Positions 8,612 through 18,172 of a DNA stretch of 64,000 bases are shown in pieces. The translations under genes and the position numbers were made by a program. Positions within the stretch are counted from its first letter, which is position 1. Every line of letters starts with the position of its first letter. The notes below the pieces were generated by a model. The model was not told the origin of the DNA. It made no database searches and worked only from the letters and a program-made list of their open reading frames with translations. The DNA comes from a virus, in the IMG/VR virus record IMGVR_UViG_3300046804_003780; one strand, 5' to 3'.

Positions 8612-9895
8612 TTATTTTTCATCATAAATTGCATATGTACCAAACGGGGGATTAGGATCCTTATCACCATGAATGATCCATGTAGTGTCACAATAGTCAG
8701 GATCACCCCAAGTACCGCAAGGGTAACCATCTGTGAACACAATCAATCGTTTTGGCACATTGCCGATTTCTTTGAGATAATCAAAGATTACACCAAAGTC
8801 AGTACCACCGCCACCAGCTGGTTCATACTCATCAATAGTGTCTAAATTTTCACTAGTAAAATCTTTTGGGTTATAAGTTTCAGTGTCAAAACAGAATACA
8901 TGAACCTTATACCCATCAAATGCATCCATCATGCCTGCAATCTCAGCAAGAAATTCTTTAGCCTGACGGTCGCTAATTGATCCACTCATATCAAGTGCTA
9001 CGACAACATCAATTTCTTCACCAGGAGTCATACCAGGCATAACTGCATCCATATGCCAACCACGGCGACTAGGGCGCATCCAACTATAGTCAGTACGAAT
9101 TGCACTAGTCAAGTTTGTTTGAATTAATTCACGCCAAGGCATGACAGGGCTAGTAACATCTTTAATAAGACGTTCAACACCTTTAGGTAGTGTGCCTGCC
9201 TCAGCACTTTGTGCTGCCTGCAGAATTGCTTGTTTCATTTCTTGACGGGCTTGTTCACGTTCCTCATCGGACATTTTCGGACGCTTAGATTTGCCTTCGC
9301 CATCCTCACCCTCTCCGTCGCTGTTACAATCACCATCGCTATCCATATGATCATCAAGCATTTTATCCAGTAGGTCATCAATGCTAATCTTTTGAATATT
9401 TTTCATTAGATCATCATAGATAGCCTCAGCATTCATGCCATCATACTTGCTTTCATACAAGCAAGGAACAGTAGTAATGAATTCACCAACTTTGTGACGT
9501 TTTAGATCGGCGTTCACTGCATAGTCATCAGCAATGTTCCAAATCTGTGGATCACGTGTGCCTCTACGACCCATATGATCGTACACTACGTGCAATACTT
9601 CATGACCAACTAAGAATTCTACTTCCTTAGTTTTAAGCATGTTGATGAAACGGGAATTGTAATAAAATCGTTTGCCGTCAGTCGCAGCAGTGCTGCACCA
9701 TTCATCGGCATTAATCAATTGCAAACGTGTTGCAAGATTACCAAAGAAACTGTGACGCAATAGCAAACCTACACGTGCAGTAACAAGGCGCTCACGTGCA
9801 ATAGCATCAATTTTAGGGTCAGTGGGACCTACAAGATTTTCAAAATCTTTACTGCGTTTTTTCTTCTTTTTAGTTGGGGCAATAACATCACTCAT
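8612..9895 (-). CDS. Metallopeptidase-like plus vWA domain protein (DUF2201 type)
   Basis: TAATDG, HEVLH (HExxH), acidic linker, MIDAS DMSGS, GGGGTDF, FTDG. Confidence 0.9.
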   Translation of the reverse strand: MSDVIAPTKKKKKRSKDFENLVGPTDPKIDAIARERLVTARVGLLLRHSFFGNLATRLQLINADEWCSTAATDGKRFYYNSRFINMLKTKEVEFLVGHEVLHVVYDHMGRRGTRDPQIWNIADDYAVNADLKRHKVGEFITTVPCLYESKYDGMNAEAIYDDLMKNIQKISIDDLLDKMLDDHMDSDGDCNSDGEGEDGEGKSKRPKMSDEEREQARQEMKQAILQAAQSAEAGTLPKGVERLIKDVTSPVMPWRELIQTNLTSAIRTDYSWMRPSRRGWHMDAVMPGMTPGEEIDVVVALDMSGSISDRQAKEFLAEIAGMMDAFDGYKVHVFCFDTETYNPKDFTSENLDTIDEYEPAGGGGTDFGVIFDYLKEIGNVPKRLIVFTDGYPCGTWGDPDYCDTTWIIHGDKDPNPPFGTYAIYDEK

Positions 9896-9923
9896 AACAC
9901 GCTCCTATCATTTCAGTTTTATT

Positions 9924-9952
9924 ATTATAGTACACAATAGATTTATTGTCAA
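9924..9952 (-). promoter_or_regulatory. Early sigma70 promoter
   Basis: TTGACA-17 nt-TATAAT; spacer begins ATAAATC. Confidence 0.9.
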
Positions 9953-9964
9953 ATCAAGACCTTT

Positions 9965-9999
9965 AAAAAAAGGGTGAGAATAGTTCGCTACTCTCACCC
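9965..9999 (-). terminator. Intrinsic terminator after the AAA+ gene
   Basis: GGGTGAGAGTAG-CGAA-CTATTCTCACCC followed by T7. Confidence 0.9.
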
Positions 10000-10030
10000 A
10001 AATGGTATATTTTCATATACCGGGAGCTAC

Positions 10031-11128
10031 TTAAGATCCTGCTTCAACAATGTACTTACCATATTTCTTGTGGAAGTCATCAAAGTTTTTCAATTGACTA
10101 GGTTCAATCGGAAGCTTATATGTTTTAAGTGCAATTTTAGCACTTACAACTACAAGTTCAGTTTCAAAATTATTCATTGCATATGCAAAGAAATTATCAG
10201 CCATTTCATGAAACTTTTTCATGTCCACTTTTTTATTATCAACGGCATCTTTTAATTCATAGCACATTGAAATTGCAAGTGAATACATTGCCGAAACTTC
10301 TTTTACTGCTAGGTCTTTTACCTTACCATTTAGAATATCGCTAGGCTCGGGCATCTTGCCTGCAAGCTTACGGTGTGCTGCAAATTTAACTGCAAGACCT
10401 TCACCAATAGCACCACTGACCAAATTAAACTGTGTGTCAGTGTCCATTGTTTCATCTTGCAATAGATCACTTACAAAGCACCAGCTACGTGGAGTAGCGA
10501 ATGCACGACTACTACCTTTGCTATCAAAATCGTATAGATCCTGTTTTGCAAAACTCAAATAACCAACAACATCCTTATGAATTTTCTTGTCAACAGCCCA
10601 CAACTGCCATGCATTGAAGTCGGCTCGCATTTCAAGGTGAATAAAACGATTCGCAAGCGGCATCGGCATACGATAAGTAACACCTTTGTCACTATCACGA
10701 TTACCTGCTGCTACTATAACAACATTGTCAGGCAGTTTGTATTTACCTACTTGACGATTAAGTACCAGCTGATAGCCTGCTGCTTGCACTGCGGGAGGGG
10801 CACTATTCATTTCATCTAAGAATAGCACAATGAGTGGATATTTACTTGCAAATTCTTCATCAGGCAAATCGACTGGGGGTGCCCAATCCATTTTGCCTAG
10901 TTCTTTGTTGAAATATGGGATACCACGAATGTCAGTAGGTTCCATTTGTGCCATACGCAAATCAATCATAAAGCCGCCAAGTTCTTGTGCGACCTCAGCG
11001 ACAACCTCAGATTTACCAATACCGGGCGGCCCCCACAAGAAGATAGGTCGTTTTGCCTTAAATGCACTTAGCATTGCCTTACGGGTTTGAATACTAGTAA
11101 TAGTATGATTATCAGATACTTTTGCCAT
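10031..11128 (-). CDS. MoxR/dynein-related AAA+ ATPase
   Basis: Walker A GPPGIGKS, Walker B LFLDE, AAGN sensor, ANRF Arg finger, TPRSW. Confidence 0.92.
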   Translation of the reverse strand: MAKVSDNHTITSIQTRKAMLSAFKAKRPIFLWGPPGIGKSEVVAEVAQELGGFMIDLRMAQMEPTDIRGIPYFNKELGKMDWAPPVDLPDEEFASKYPLIVLFLDEMNSAPPAVQAAGYQLVLNRQVGKYKLPDNVVIVAAGNRDSDKGVTYRMPMPLANRFIHLEMRADFNAWQLWAVDKKIHKDVVGYLSFAKQDLYDFDSKGSSRAFATPRSWCFVSDLLQDETMDTDTQFNLVSGAIGEGLAVKFAAHRKLAGKMPEPSDILNGKVKDLAVKEVSAMYSLAISMCYELKDAVDNKKVDMKKFHEMADNFFAYAMNNFETELVVVSAKIALKTYKLPIEPSQLKNFDDFHKKYGKYIVEAGS

Positions 11129-11166
11129 TTATATTAGCTCCTAAAAATTATTTACATAGAACCTGT

Positions 11167-11195
11167 ATTATAAGACAAACATGATTTACTGTCAA
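11167..11195 (-). promoter_or_regulatory. Early sigma70 promoter
   Basis: TTGACA-17 nt-TATAAT; spacer begins GTAAATC. Confidence 0.9.
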
Positions 11196-11211
11196 AAACA
11201 TGTTTGCCCAA

Positions 11212-11364
11212 TTATTGTGTTGCTTCCAACTCTTGAATTTGTTTGTAAAGCGCCCAACGCTGGAGATCAATTGCTAGATTGGTTTCTTCATCAAAACAAC
11301 CAGACTGCTCATCTAAATGAACAAGTTCATTATACAATACATCAAGTAGATTTTGGTCACCCAT
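11212..11364 (-). CDS. 50-aa acidic hypothetical protein (MGDQNLLDVLYNELVHLDE...)
   Basis: Read by hand; GAGGAG RBS; fills an intergenic gap. Confidence 0.7.
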   Translation of the reverse strand: MGDQNLLDVLYNELVHLDEQSGCFDEETNLAIDLQRWALYKQIQELEATQ

Positions 11365-11369
11365 AATTT

Positions 11370-11594
11370 TTACTCCTCAAACATTTTAGCAGATTGTGCT
11401 GCCAATTTTTTAATTGCACGACCAGCTGCTTCACGGCTGTTAGTAAATGCATAATCATCACTGAGACTATTAAAACCGTGATACAATTCCCACTTACCGT
11501 CAACTAACCATTCAACCTTAACATCATATGCAGTATCGAAAGGTGAACCGTCATGTACGATACGAACCTTACCAAAATCATGTGCTATATACAT
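11370..11594 (-). CDS. Hypothetical early protein (start MYIAHDF)
   Basis: TAAGGAG RBS before ATG at 11594. Confidence 0.75.
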   Translation of the reverse strand: MYIAHDFGKVRIVHDGSPFDTAYDVKVEWLVDGKWELYHGFNSLSDDYAFTNSREAAGRAIKKLAAQSAKMFEE

Positions 11595-11605
11595 TTTATT
11601 TCTCC

Positions 11606-11923
11606 TTATGCCCAAACAATTTCTTTTACAGGAAATTCAATCTTACCTTCAAACTCAAGTTGGTCACGCTCAAACTGTGTGAGGAAATCGTCACTAACCA
11701 ACTGGTAATCAATAATAGTTTCTACTATGTAATCATTTGCCTTTTCAATTTCATTACGCAAAGCCATCACAATTTTAGTTGCCTCTGGTGCATTTTTAAT
11801 ATTACGCACAACATACTCATCACCACCCTTGGCTTTCCAATATGCATCTTCACCTTTGCCGATGGAACCATCTTCTTTCCATGCATAGTTTTCAAAAACT
11901 TGGGTAGTGATTAGCAGTTTCAT
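11606..11923 (-). CDS. Hypothetical early protein (TQxxENY...YWKAKGG motif)
   Basis: AGGAG RBS; first gene after an early promoter. Confidence 0.8.
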   Translation of the reverse strand: MKLLITTQVFENYAWKEDGSIGKGEDAYWKAKGGDEYVVRNIKNAPEATKIVMALRNEIEKANDYIVETIIDYQLVSDDFLTQFERDQLEFEGKIEFPVKEIVWA

Positions 11924-11952
11924 ATTAGCTCCTGTTGTTTGACTATACCGTT

Positions 11953-11981
11953 ATTATATAACCTTTTGGATTTATTGTCAA
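11953..11981 (-). promoter_or_regulatory. Early sigma70 promoter
   Basis: TTGACA-17 nt-TATAAT; spacer begins ATAAATC. Confidence 0.9.
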
Positions 11982-11994
11982 CCAAAAAGTGTTA

Positions 11995-12225
11995 TCAATC
12001 TAGCAATGTCATGTAAGCTTCGGCGTTGTTGTCGATGAACCAGTTAATGCCCTTGCGAACACCATTGTAGTCACCCATCAACTCACAACCCTTCAAGTAG
12101 TCATAAACAGCAACTTCCTCAGGGGTAAGCATACAAGTTTCACCTGAGAACGGGTTACGAACTTCAACAGGCTCAGAGTCCATAATTTGAATACCGGGGA
12201 AAATCTGAAAAATTGTCTTTGACAT
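11995..12225 (-). CDS. Hypothetical early protein (C-terminal EAYMTLLD)
   Basis: TAAGGAG RBS; has its own promoter. Confidence 0.8.
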   Translation of the reverse strand: MSKTIFQIFPGIQIMDSEPVEVRNPFSGETCMLTPEEVAVYDYLKGCELMGDYNGVRKGINWFIDNNAEAYMTLLD

Positions 12226-12255
12226 TTACTTCTCCTTATTAATCACTGTAAAGAC

Positions 12256-12284
12256 ATTATATACCCAAACGGATTTATCGTCAA
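12256..12284 (-). promoter_or_regulatory. Early sigma70 promoter
   Basis: TTGACG-17 nt-TATAAT; spacer begins ATAAATC. Confidence 0.88.
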
Positions 12285-12286
12285 CC

Positions 12287-12314
12287 AAAAAAAATGTTGC
12301 TAAAAAGCAACATT
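12287..12314 (-). terminator. Inverted repeat AATGTTGC-N6-GCAACATT plus T run: terminator of the aminotransferase gene, or an operator
   Basis: 8-bp stem followed by a T tract on the minus strand, directly upstream of the -35 element. Confidence 0.5.
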
Positions 12315-12340
12315 GTTAATTTGTAAACATTTCTATTTTA

Positions 12341-13507
12341 TTAATTGTTTCGCCAGTATTCACTTGCTGCTGCGACTCCACTGCCTGGAGTTATTTGTAT
12401 GCCACAATCTAGCATTGCCATTTCTGCACCAGCTATAGCAGCCATTAAGTGTACTTCATTCATATCACCTAAGTGACCTATACGGAATAGTTTCCCAGAC
12501 ATTTTACTTAATCCCGCACCCAATGATAGGTTATATCGTTTGTACGCTCTACTAATAACATCTGCACCATTGAAGCCTTCTGGTACCATAATTGCTGATA
12601 CTGTGTCACTATACCATTTGCTATCTTTCGCACACAATTGTAAGCCCCAACCATCTATCACAGCACGGCGTACACCCTCAGCAAGATAGTGATGGCGTTT
12701 AACAATGTTATCTAAACCTTCTTCTTCTATCATGTTAAGTGCTTCGGCAAGCCCATATAGTAATGAAAGTGCAGGCGTGTATGGGAAATATCCTGTACTG
12801 TTAGAGTTCAACATGTCATCTAAATCAAAATAACTGCGTGACAATTTTGCAGTTTTTGTTTTATCTAATGCTTTTTTACTTGCACATAATATGCCTAACC
12901 CTGCAGGTAACATGAATCCTTTTTGTGATCCTGTTACAGCCATATCAACACCCCATTCATCAAATCTAAAGTCTAATGATCCTAATGAACTTACACAGTC
13001 AACAAATAACAATGCAGGGTGATCAACTTCTTTGAGTGCCCAACGGACTTCACTGATACTTGATGTAACTCCTGTAGCAGTTTCATTGTGACAGGCTAAA
13101 ACTGCTTTGATTTCTTGATTTTTGTCTGCTGCAAGAATTTCAGCAAACTTAGCTACAGGTATTCCTGTACCCCAGTCACAATCAACTATAATTACTTCTA
13201 GTTTATGTTTAAGACACATCTCTATCCAAAGATGACTAAACTGACCAAATCTAGCAGTCAATACTTTATCACCTGGACTTAATGTATTTGTTATTGCGGC
13301 TTCCCAACATCCTGTGCCAGATGAGGGAAATATAAAAGGCGTACCTGTATGGGTACGGAATACCTTCTTAAGCTTCGGGAACAATTGATTATACAGTTCA
13401 GGAAACTTAGGTGAGCGATGGTCTTCCATAGATACCATCATTGCTCTTAAAATACGATCAGGAATGTTTGTAGGCCCAGGTACAAACAAAAAATTGCGTC
13501 CAGCCAT
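12341..13507 (-). CDS. sgaA: Serine-glyoxylate aminotransferase-like class V PLP aminotransferase (start MAGRNF)
   Basis: GRNFLFVPGPTNIPDRI N-terminus, SSGTGCWE, HNETATGV, DCVSS, PLP Lys in TGSQKG, FRIGHLG; GGAGA RBS. Confidence 0.85.
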   Translation of the reverse strand: MAGRNFLFVPGPTNIPDRILRAMMVSMEDHRSPKFPELYNQLFPKLKKVFRTHTGTPFIFPSSGTGCWEAAITNTLSPGDKVLTARFGQFSHLWIEMCLKHKLEVIIVDCDWGTGIPVAKFAEILAADKNQEIKAVLACHNETATGVTSSISEVRWALKEVDHPALLFVDCVSSLGSLDFRFDEWGVDMAVTGSQKGFMLPAGLGILCASKKALDKTKTAKLSRSYFDLDDMLNSNSTGYFPYTPALSLLYGLAEALNMIEEEGLDNIVKRHHYLAEGVRRAVIDGWGLQLCAKDSKWYSDTVSAIMVPEGFNGADVISRAYKRYNLSLGAGLSKMSGKLFRIGHLGDMNEVHLMAAIAGAEMAMLDCGIQITPGSGVAAASEYWRNN

Positions 13508-13630
13508 TGTTTTCTCCAACGCTCATTTACTAGCAGCAAAGTATTACTTAGCTTATTTCGTAGGGTATAGTCAAATAAGTTGGGTGATCCAAATCTAGTT
13601 TACACTAAATACTTAAATGAGGACTAATAA

Positions 13631-16510
13631 ATGAGTTGGCCAGTATCCCCTACCAATGGGCAGCAAGTAGAAATCAATGGTATTCTATATGAGTATAGTT
13701 CAACTGACGGTGTTTGGAACCGCATAGGATTTGTTCCTACTGGAATATCTTTACCGTTTTTACAAACTCCAAATTTAACCGTAACCAACCTTGCTGATTT
13801 AGGTAACGTAGGTAACGTTAGAATTACCGGGGGAACAGCAAATTACATCTTAAGAACTGACGGAGCAGGTAATTTAACCTGGATACCTCAGGCTGCACAA
13901 TCTGCTGCAGGTAATGCAACTGAAATACAATTTAATACAGGTGGAGTTTTTACTGCCGATCAAAATCTAAGATTTTTTACTGGTAACAGCACATTAAGCA
14001 CAACAAACGTTGCTGCTGTAATTACTACTGCAAGCCAGCCCTATATAACAAGCTTAGGTACACTTAATGGCGTTACAGTATCAGGTAACACAAATACCGG
14101 TAATATTAGTGTATCAGGAAATATTACGTCTGCTAATGCTAATTTAGGTAATGCAGCAGTCGCTAATTTCTTTACAGGAACATTAACTACTGCAGCACAA
14201 CCAAATATTACCAGCTTAGGTATTCTGAATGGGCTATCAATATTAGGAAATATTAATGGTAATATTTTACCGAATGCGAATAACACGTTCACTTTAGGTT
14301 CTAGCACTCAAAGATACAACTATGTGTATACCTCAGCAAATGGTTTGTTAATTGATAATGTATCATTGTTTTCAAATAGTGGAAATTTAACAAGTAATGG
14401 AAACATTTTTACAACTGGAAGATTTATATCTAATTTGGTAACAGGTAATGCACCATTGATCGTAAGCAGTAACACAATGGTTGCTAATTTAAATGCTAAT
14501 CTGTTGCAAGGTTTTTCAGTAAGTTCTGCAAATGTAGCCAACACGATTGTGGCGCGTGATGCCAATAATAATTTTTCAGCAAATATAATTACTGCCAATA
14601 TTACAGGTAATTCAACCACAGCAGGTACAGTAGTAACTAATGCACAGCCTAATATAACAAGTGTAGGTGTATTAACAACTCTTAGCATATCAGGAAATGT
14701 GGTATCGAGTAACGCTAATTTAGGAAATACTGTTACTGCTAACTTTTTTGTTGGAAGCGGTAACAGACTTAGTAATATTGTAGCAGGCAACATTAATGGG
14801 ATAGTAGCTAATGCATTTTATTCAGACAACGCAGGTAATGCACAAACTGCAACAGCAGCCACTCATGCTGCAACATCCAACACTGTTGTTGATGCTAATC
14901 AATCCAATATAACAAGTGTTGGTACATTAACCAGCTTAAGTGTAGCAGGAAATATAAATTCAGGTAATGCTACATTAGGAAATACTGTAACTGCAAATTA
15001 TTTTGTAGGTAATATAACAGGAAACGTTACAGGTAATATAAATTTGCCAGGTAGCAATACACATATACTTTTTAATAATGATGGTGTGTTAGGTGCAACA
15101 AATGGTTTCACATTTAGTTCAGTAAGCAATGCAGTAACTATTGCAGGAAACGTAACCGCAGGTAATGCAAGCTTAGGAAATTTAGTTGTTGCTAACTTCT
15201 TTCAAGGAAGCGGTAACAGATTATCAAACATCAATGGTGCAAATGTAAGTCAAGTTGCCAATGCGAATTTTGCATCATTTGCGAATATTGTTAATTTAGC
15301 TAACACAGCTAATATTTCAAACTTTGCTGGTCGAGTAACGATAAATGCGCAACCAAATATAACTAGTGTAGGCAATTTAAGCAATTTAATAGTAAGTACA
15401 GGTGCTTTAAATTCTTCAAGTCCAGTTCAATTTAATCAAATTTGGAATAATGTAAATCAGTTATTTACAGGTATCAGGCAAAATATTACTGATAATAATA
15501 GTAATATTGACAGTTTACTAGTGGACTTACGTGTAGGTAATACTACAATGTTTAGTGTTACAAAAAATGGTACAGCAAATGCATCAAATATAAACACAAC
15601 GTTCATAGCAGGAACACTTACAACTACAAGTCAACCTAATATAACTAGCGTTGGTAATTTACTATCGCTGACGGTGAACGGTAATATAAATGCTCCTAAT
15701 GTGTATGCGAATTTCTTTGGTGCTTTAAATGGGAATATAGGAGCAAACGTTCCGAACAGTGCAATTTTTACAAATGTAACAGTTACGTCAACTGCTAATG
15801 TTACCGGCAATATTAGAGTTGGAAATGCTAACTTAGGTAATTTAGCTGTAGCTAACTTCTTTAGCGGCGACGGTGGATTTTTAAGTAATGTAAGTGTACC
15901 GGCTAATACACAAATTATAAACGGTAATAGTAATGTAATAGTACAAGCCAATGCGAACGTGCGCATATCTGCAAATGGTATAACTCAACTTATAGTTACA
16001 TCAACAGGTGGGAATGTTACCGGTACACTTAGCGTTGGTGGCAATTTAACCGCTGCTAATGTTTCAACTGGGAATATAACTACAACAAGTGCATTATCTG
16101 TAGTAGGAACAACCAATTTAAATGTAACAAATTTTTCAAATATTGCAACTTTTCAACAAACAACAGATGTATTAAATCAAAAAGTAAATGCTTCAGGTAC
16201 TGTAACTCATAATTTTCAAACTGGTGCAATATTTTATCATGCAAACGTTGCAAATAATTTTACTGTCAACTTAACAAACGTACCAACTACAGCAAATAGG
16301 ACAATTGTTGTGCCAATAATTATTCAACAAGGCGTGAGTGCTTATATTGCAAATCAATTTCAAATTGATGGATTGTTTCAATCTATCAATTGGTTAGGCA
16401 ATGTAATACCTGTAGGGACGGCTAATGCAGTTGATGTTGTTGGTTTTACTTTAATACGAACAACATCTAATTGGACAGTGTTAGGACAATTAACAACTTA
16501 CGGCGGTTAA
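13631..16510 (+). CDS. Asn/Thr-rich tail fibre or adhesin with repeated xQPNITSVGxL units
   Basis: WPVSPTNGQ N-terminal anchor; about six QPxITS(L/V)G repeats; GAGGA RBS; TAAATA at 13606-13611. Confidence 0.8.
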   Translation: MSWPVSPTNGQQVEINGILYEYSSTDGVWNRIGFVPTGISLPFLQTPNLTVTNLADLGNVGNVRITGGTANYILRTDGAGNLTWIPQAAQSAAGNATEIQFNTGGVFTADQNLRFFTGNSTLSTTNVAAVITTASQPYITSLGTLNGVTVSGNTNTGNISVSGNITSANANLGNAAVANFFTGTLTTAAQPNITSLGILNGLSILGNINGNILPNANNTFTLGSSTQRYNYVYTSANGLLIDNVSLFSNSGNLTSNGNIFTTGRFISNLVTGNAPLIVSSNTMVANLNANLLQGFSVSSANVANTIVARDANNNFSANIITANITGNSTTAGTVVTNAQPNITSVGVLTTLSISGNVVSSNANLGNTVTANFFVGSGNRLSNIVAGNINGIVANAFYSDNAGNAQTATAATHAATSNTVVDANQSNITSVGTLTSLSVAGNINSGNATLGNTVTANYFVGNITGNVTGNINLPGSNTHILFNNDGVLGATNGFTFSSVSNAVTIAGNVTAGNASLGNLVVANFFQGSGNRLSNINGANVSQVANANFASFANIVNLANTANISNFAGRVTINAQPNITSVGNLSNLIVSTGALNSSSPVQFNQIWNNVNQLFTGIRQNITDNNSNIDSLLVDLRVGNTTMFSVTKNGTANASNINTTFIAGTLTTTSQPNITSVGNLLSLTVNGNINAPNVYANFFGALNGNIGANVPNSAIFTNVTVTSTANVTGNIRVGNANLGNLAVANFFSGDGGFLSNVSVPANTQIINGNSNVIVQANANVRISANGITQLIVTSTGGNVTGTLSVGGNLTAANVSTGNITTTSALSVVGTTNLNVTNFSNIATFQQTTDVLNQKVNASGTVTHNFQTGAIFYHANVANNFTVNLTNVPTTANRTIVVPIIIQQGVSAYIANQFQIDGLFQSINWLGNVIPVGTANAVDVVGFTLIRTTSNWTVLGQLTTYGG

Positions 16511-16512
16511 AT

Positions 16513-17661
16513 ATGCCAAGAATGTCGACGGCTTCACCATTCACAACATTTGCTTTTCAGCCCCCTAGTCCTGTACCTCCACCTGATATTCCAGTTGGTG
16601 CTTTAGTATTTTATAATCAAGCTTTTACAGGAATACCAGGATGGCAAAGATATAACATTGCAGATGGATTATTTTTACGTGGTACTGCAACTCAAGGGCA
16701 AATCGCAACAACTACATCTCCCAGTATGTCAGGGACACTAAATGTTACTTTAGGCACAAGTGGCTCTCACTTTCCGACCCAAGTGTCATTTGGACCTGCT
16801 TTTAATCCTTCTGGCACTGCTTTTCCAGGCGGTTGGTTTAATTTAGGCACTGCAGGATCACACATTCATACAGTTACAAGTTTAAATTTATCGACAATAG
16901 AGGTTCCTACTCCTGCTGCATATTCTACATACATCATTATTGAATGCCTAGCACCTACTAAAAGATTGCCCCCTAATAGTATTGTTTTTTCACAGAATTC
17001 TCCGGGAAGTTTATTTTCTTTATTAGGAGCAGAAAATCAACCTATCAGAGGTGGTGTGAGTAATAATACAACTGGCACAGGGACTACAATAACTAATATC
17101 CGTACTACAGCAGTAAGTGGTACACATAGTCACATCGATACAAATTTTCCATTTAATCCTGCTACAGTAGTAGGTACTAATTTTCCTTATGTTACTTCAC
17201 TTACGCACAATCACAATATAACATTAAACATTGTAGCAAACTCAATTTTAACTAAATTGCTAAGTGCTTGGGGTAATAGTTTTGAATCTTACTTAGGCTT
17301 AGATTCTATTTTAATGTACAATGGTTCTCTAGCAAGTTTACCGGCTGGTTGGTATGTGTGTGATGGTAGCAACGGAACAATAAATATGGTAGATTTTTTT
17401 GTGGGATTTGGCAGTCAAGCAGCTTGGAATACATCTACCGGTACTAATAATGACATTGGGGTTAATGGAAGCACAACAACAAATATATGGAATCACAGCC
17501 ATATAGGTTCTGGCATCATAGGGGCAACTCCAGCTACCTTAGCCAGTGTCCCTCACGGCACAAATACAGTTAGCCATAGTCATACAGTTACTCCAAATTT
17601 ATCGAGTGTGAATTATGACCCTGGCACTATAAAAATTGCATTTATACAATACAAAGGATAA
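16513..17661 (+). CDS. Tail fibre tip / collar-domain protein with HxH motifs
   Basis: IPVGALVF, LPAGWYVCDGSNGT collar motif; GSHIH, GTHSH, THNH, NHSH, SHSH. Confidence 0.75.
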   Translation: MPRMSTASPFTTFAFQPPSPVPPPDIPVGALVFYNQAFTGIPGWQRYNIADGLFLRGTATQGQIATTTSPSMSGTLNVTLGTSGSHFPTQVSFGPAFNPSGTAFPGGWFNLGTAGSHIHTVTSLNLSTIEVPTPAAYSTYIIIECLAPTKRLPPNSIVFSQNSPGSLFSLLGAENQPIRGGVSNNTTGTGTTITNIRTTAVSGTHSHIDTNFPFNPATVVGTNFPYVTSLTHNHNITLNIVANSILTKLLSAWGNSFESYLGLDSILMYNGSLASLPAGWYVCDGSNGTINMVDFFVGFGSQAAWNTSTGTNNDIGVNGSTTTNIWNHSHIGSGIIGATPATLASVPHGTNTVSHSHTVTPNLSSVNYDPGTIKIAFIQYKG

Positions 17662-17665
17662 AAAA

Positions 17666-18172
17666 ATGGCACATGATTTTATATCATTAGATTATGATAA
17701 TCAAAGTTTTTCTGCAAGAATTGAAGATGTTGAACATGCGTTTTCATCGGTTGAGGCTTTTTTTAATTTAACAAAATTTCCCTATAAAACAGGAATATCT
17801 GCAATAAGTTTAGAGCCAAGCAGAAATATTTACACAGTAGTTTATACAGACGGGAAACAAACTCATACAGAACACAGTGATGAGATACAATGGCTTCTAA
17901 ATAATTGGAGTAAAGTAAAAGATGCCATCAATGAAGATGCAGCTAACACAGTTTATGATGTGTGGACATTGACAGATGAACGTAATATGCGTTTGAATTC
18001 TACTGATTGGTTAGTATCAAGACATACCGAAGAAAAATTATTAGGCATGAGTCCTACTTTAAGTGAAAGCCAATTCACAAATTTATTAACTTATAGACAA
18101 CAACTAAGAGATATTACTAACCAATATACAACATTAGATAATGTAATTTGGCCTGTTAATCCATTACCTTAG
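17666..18172 (+). CDS. Tail fibre assembly chaperone
   Basis: ERNMRLNSTDW...YRQQLRDIT...VIWPVNP signature. Confidence 0.85.
   Translation: MAHDFISLDYDNQSFSARIEDVEHAFSSVEAFFNLTKFPYKTGISAISLEPSRNIYTVVYTDGKQTHTEHSDEIQWLLNNWSKVKDAINEDAANTVYDVWTLTDERNMRLNSTDWLVSRHTEEKLLGMSPTLSESQFTNLLTYRQQLRDITNQYTTLDNVIWPVNPLP

Noticed and set aside
14041-15966. Antisense ORFs in the fibre gene, and similar shadow ORFs opposite the baseplate, AAA+ and pstS genes
   Set aside because: They mirror the codon bias of the real genes, and have no RBS or recognisable motifs
13631-17661. Diversity-generating retroelement or invertible tail-fibre switch
   Set aside because: No reverse transcriptase, invertase or adenine-variant template repeat visible; the repeats are degenerate protein repeats
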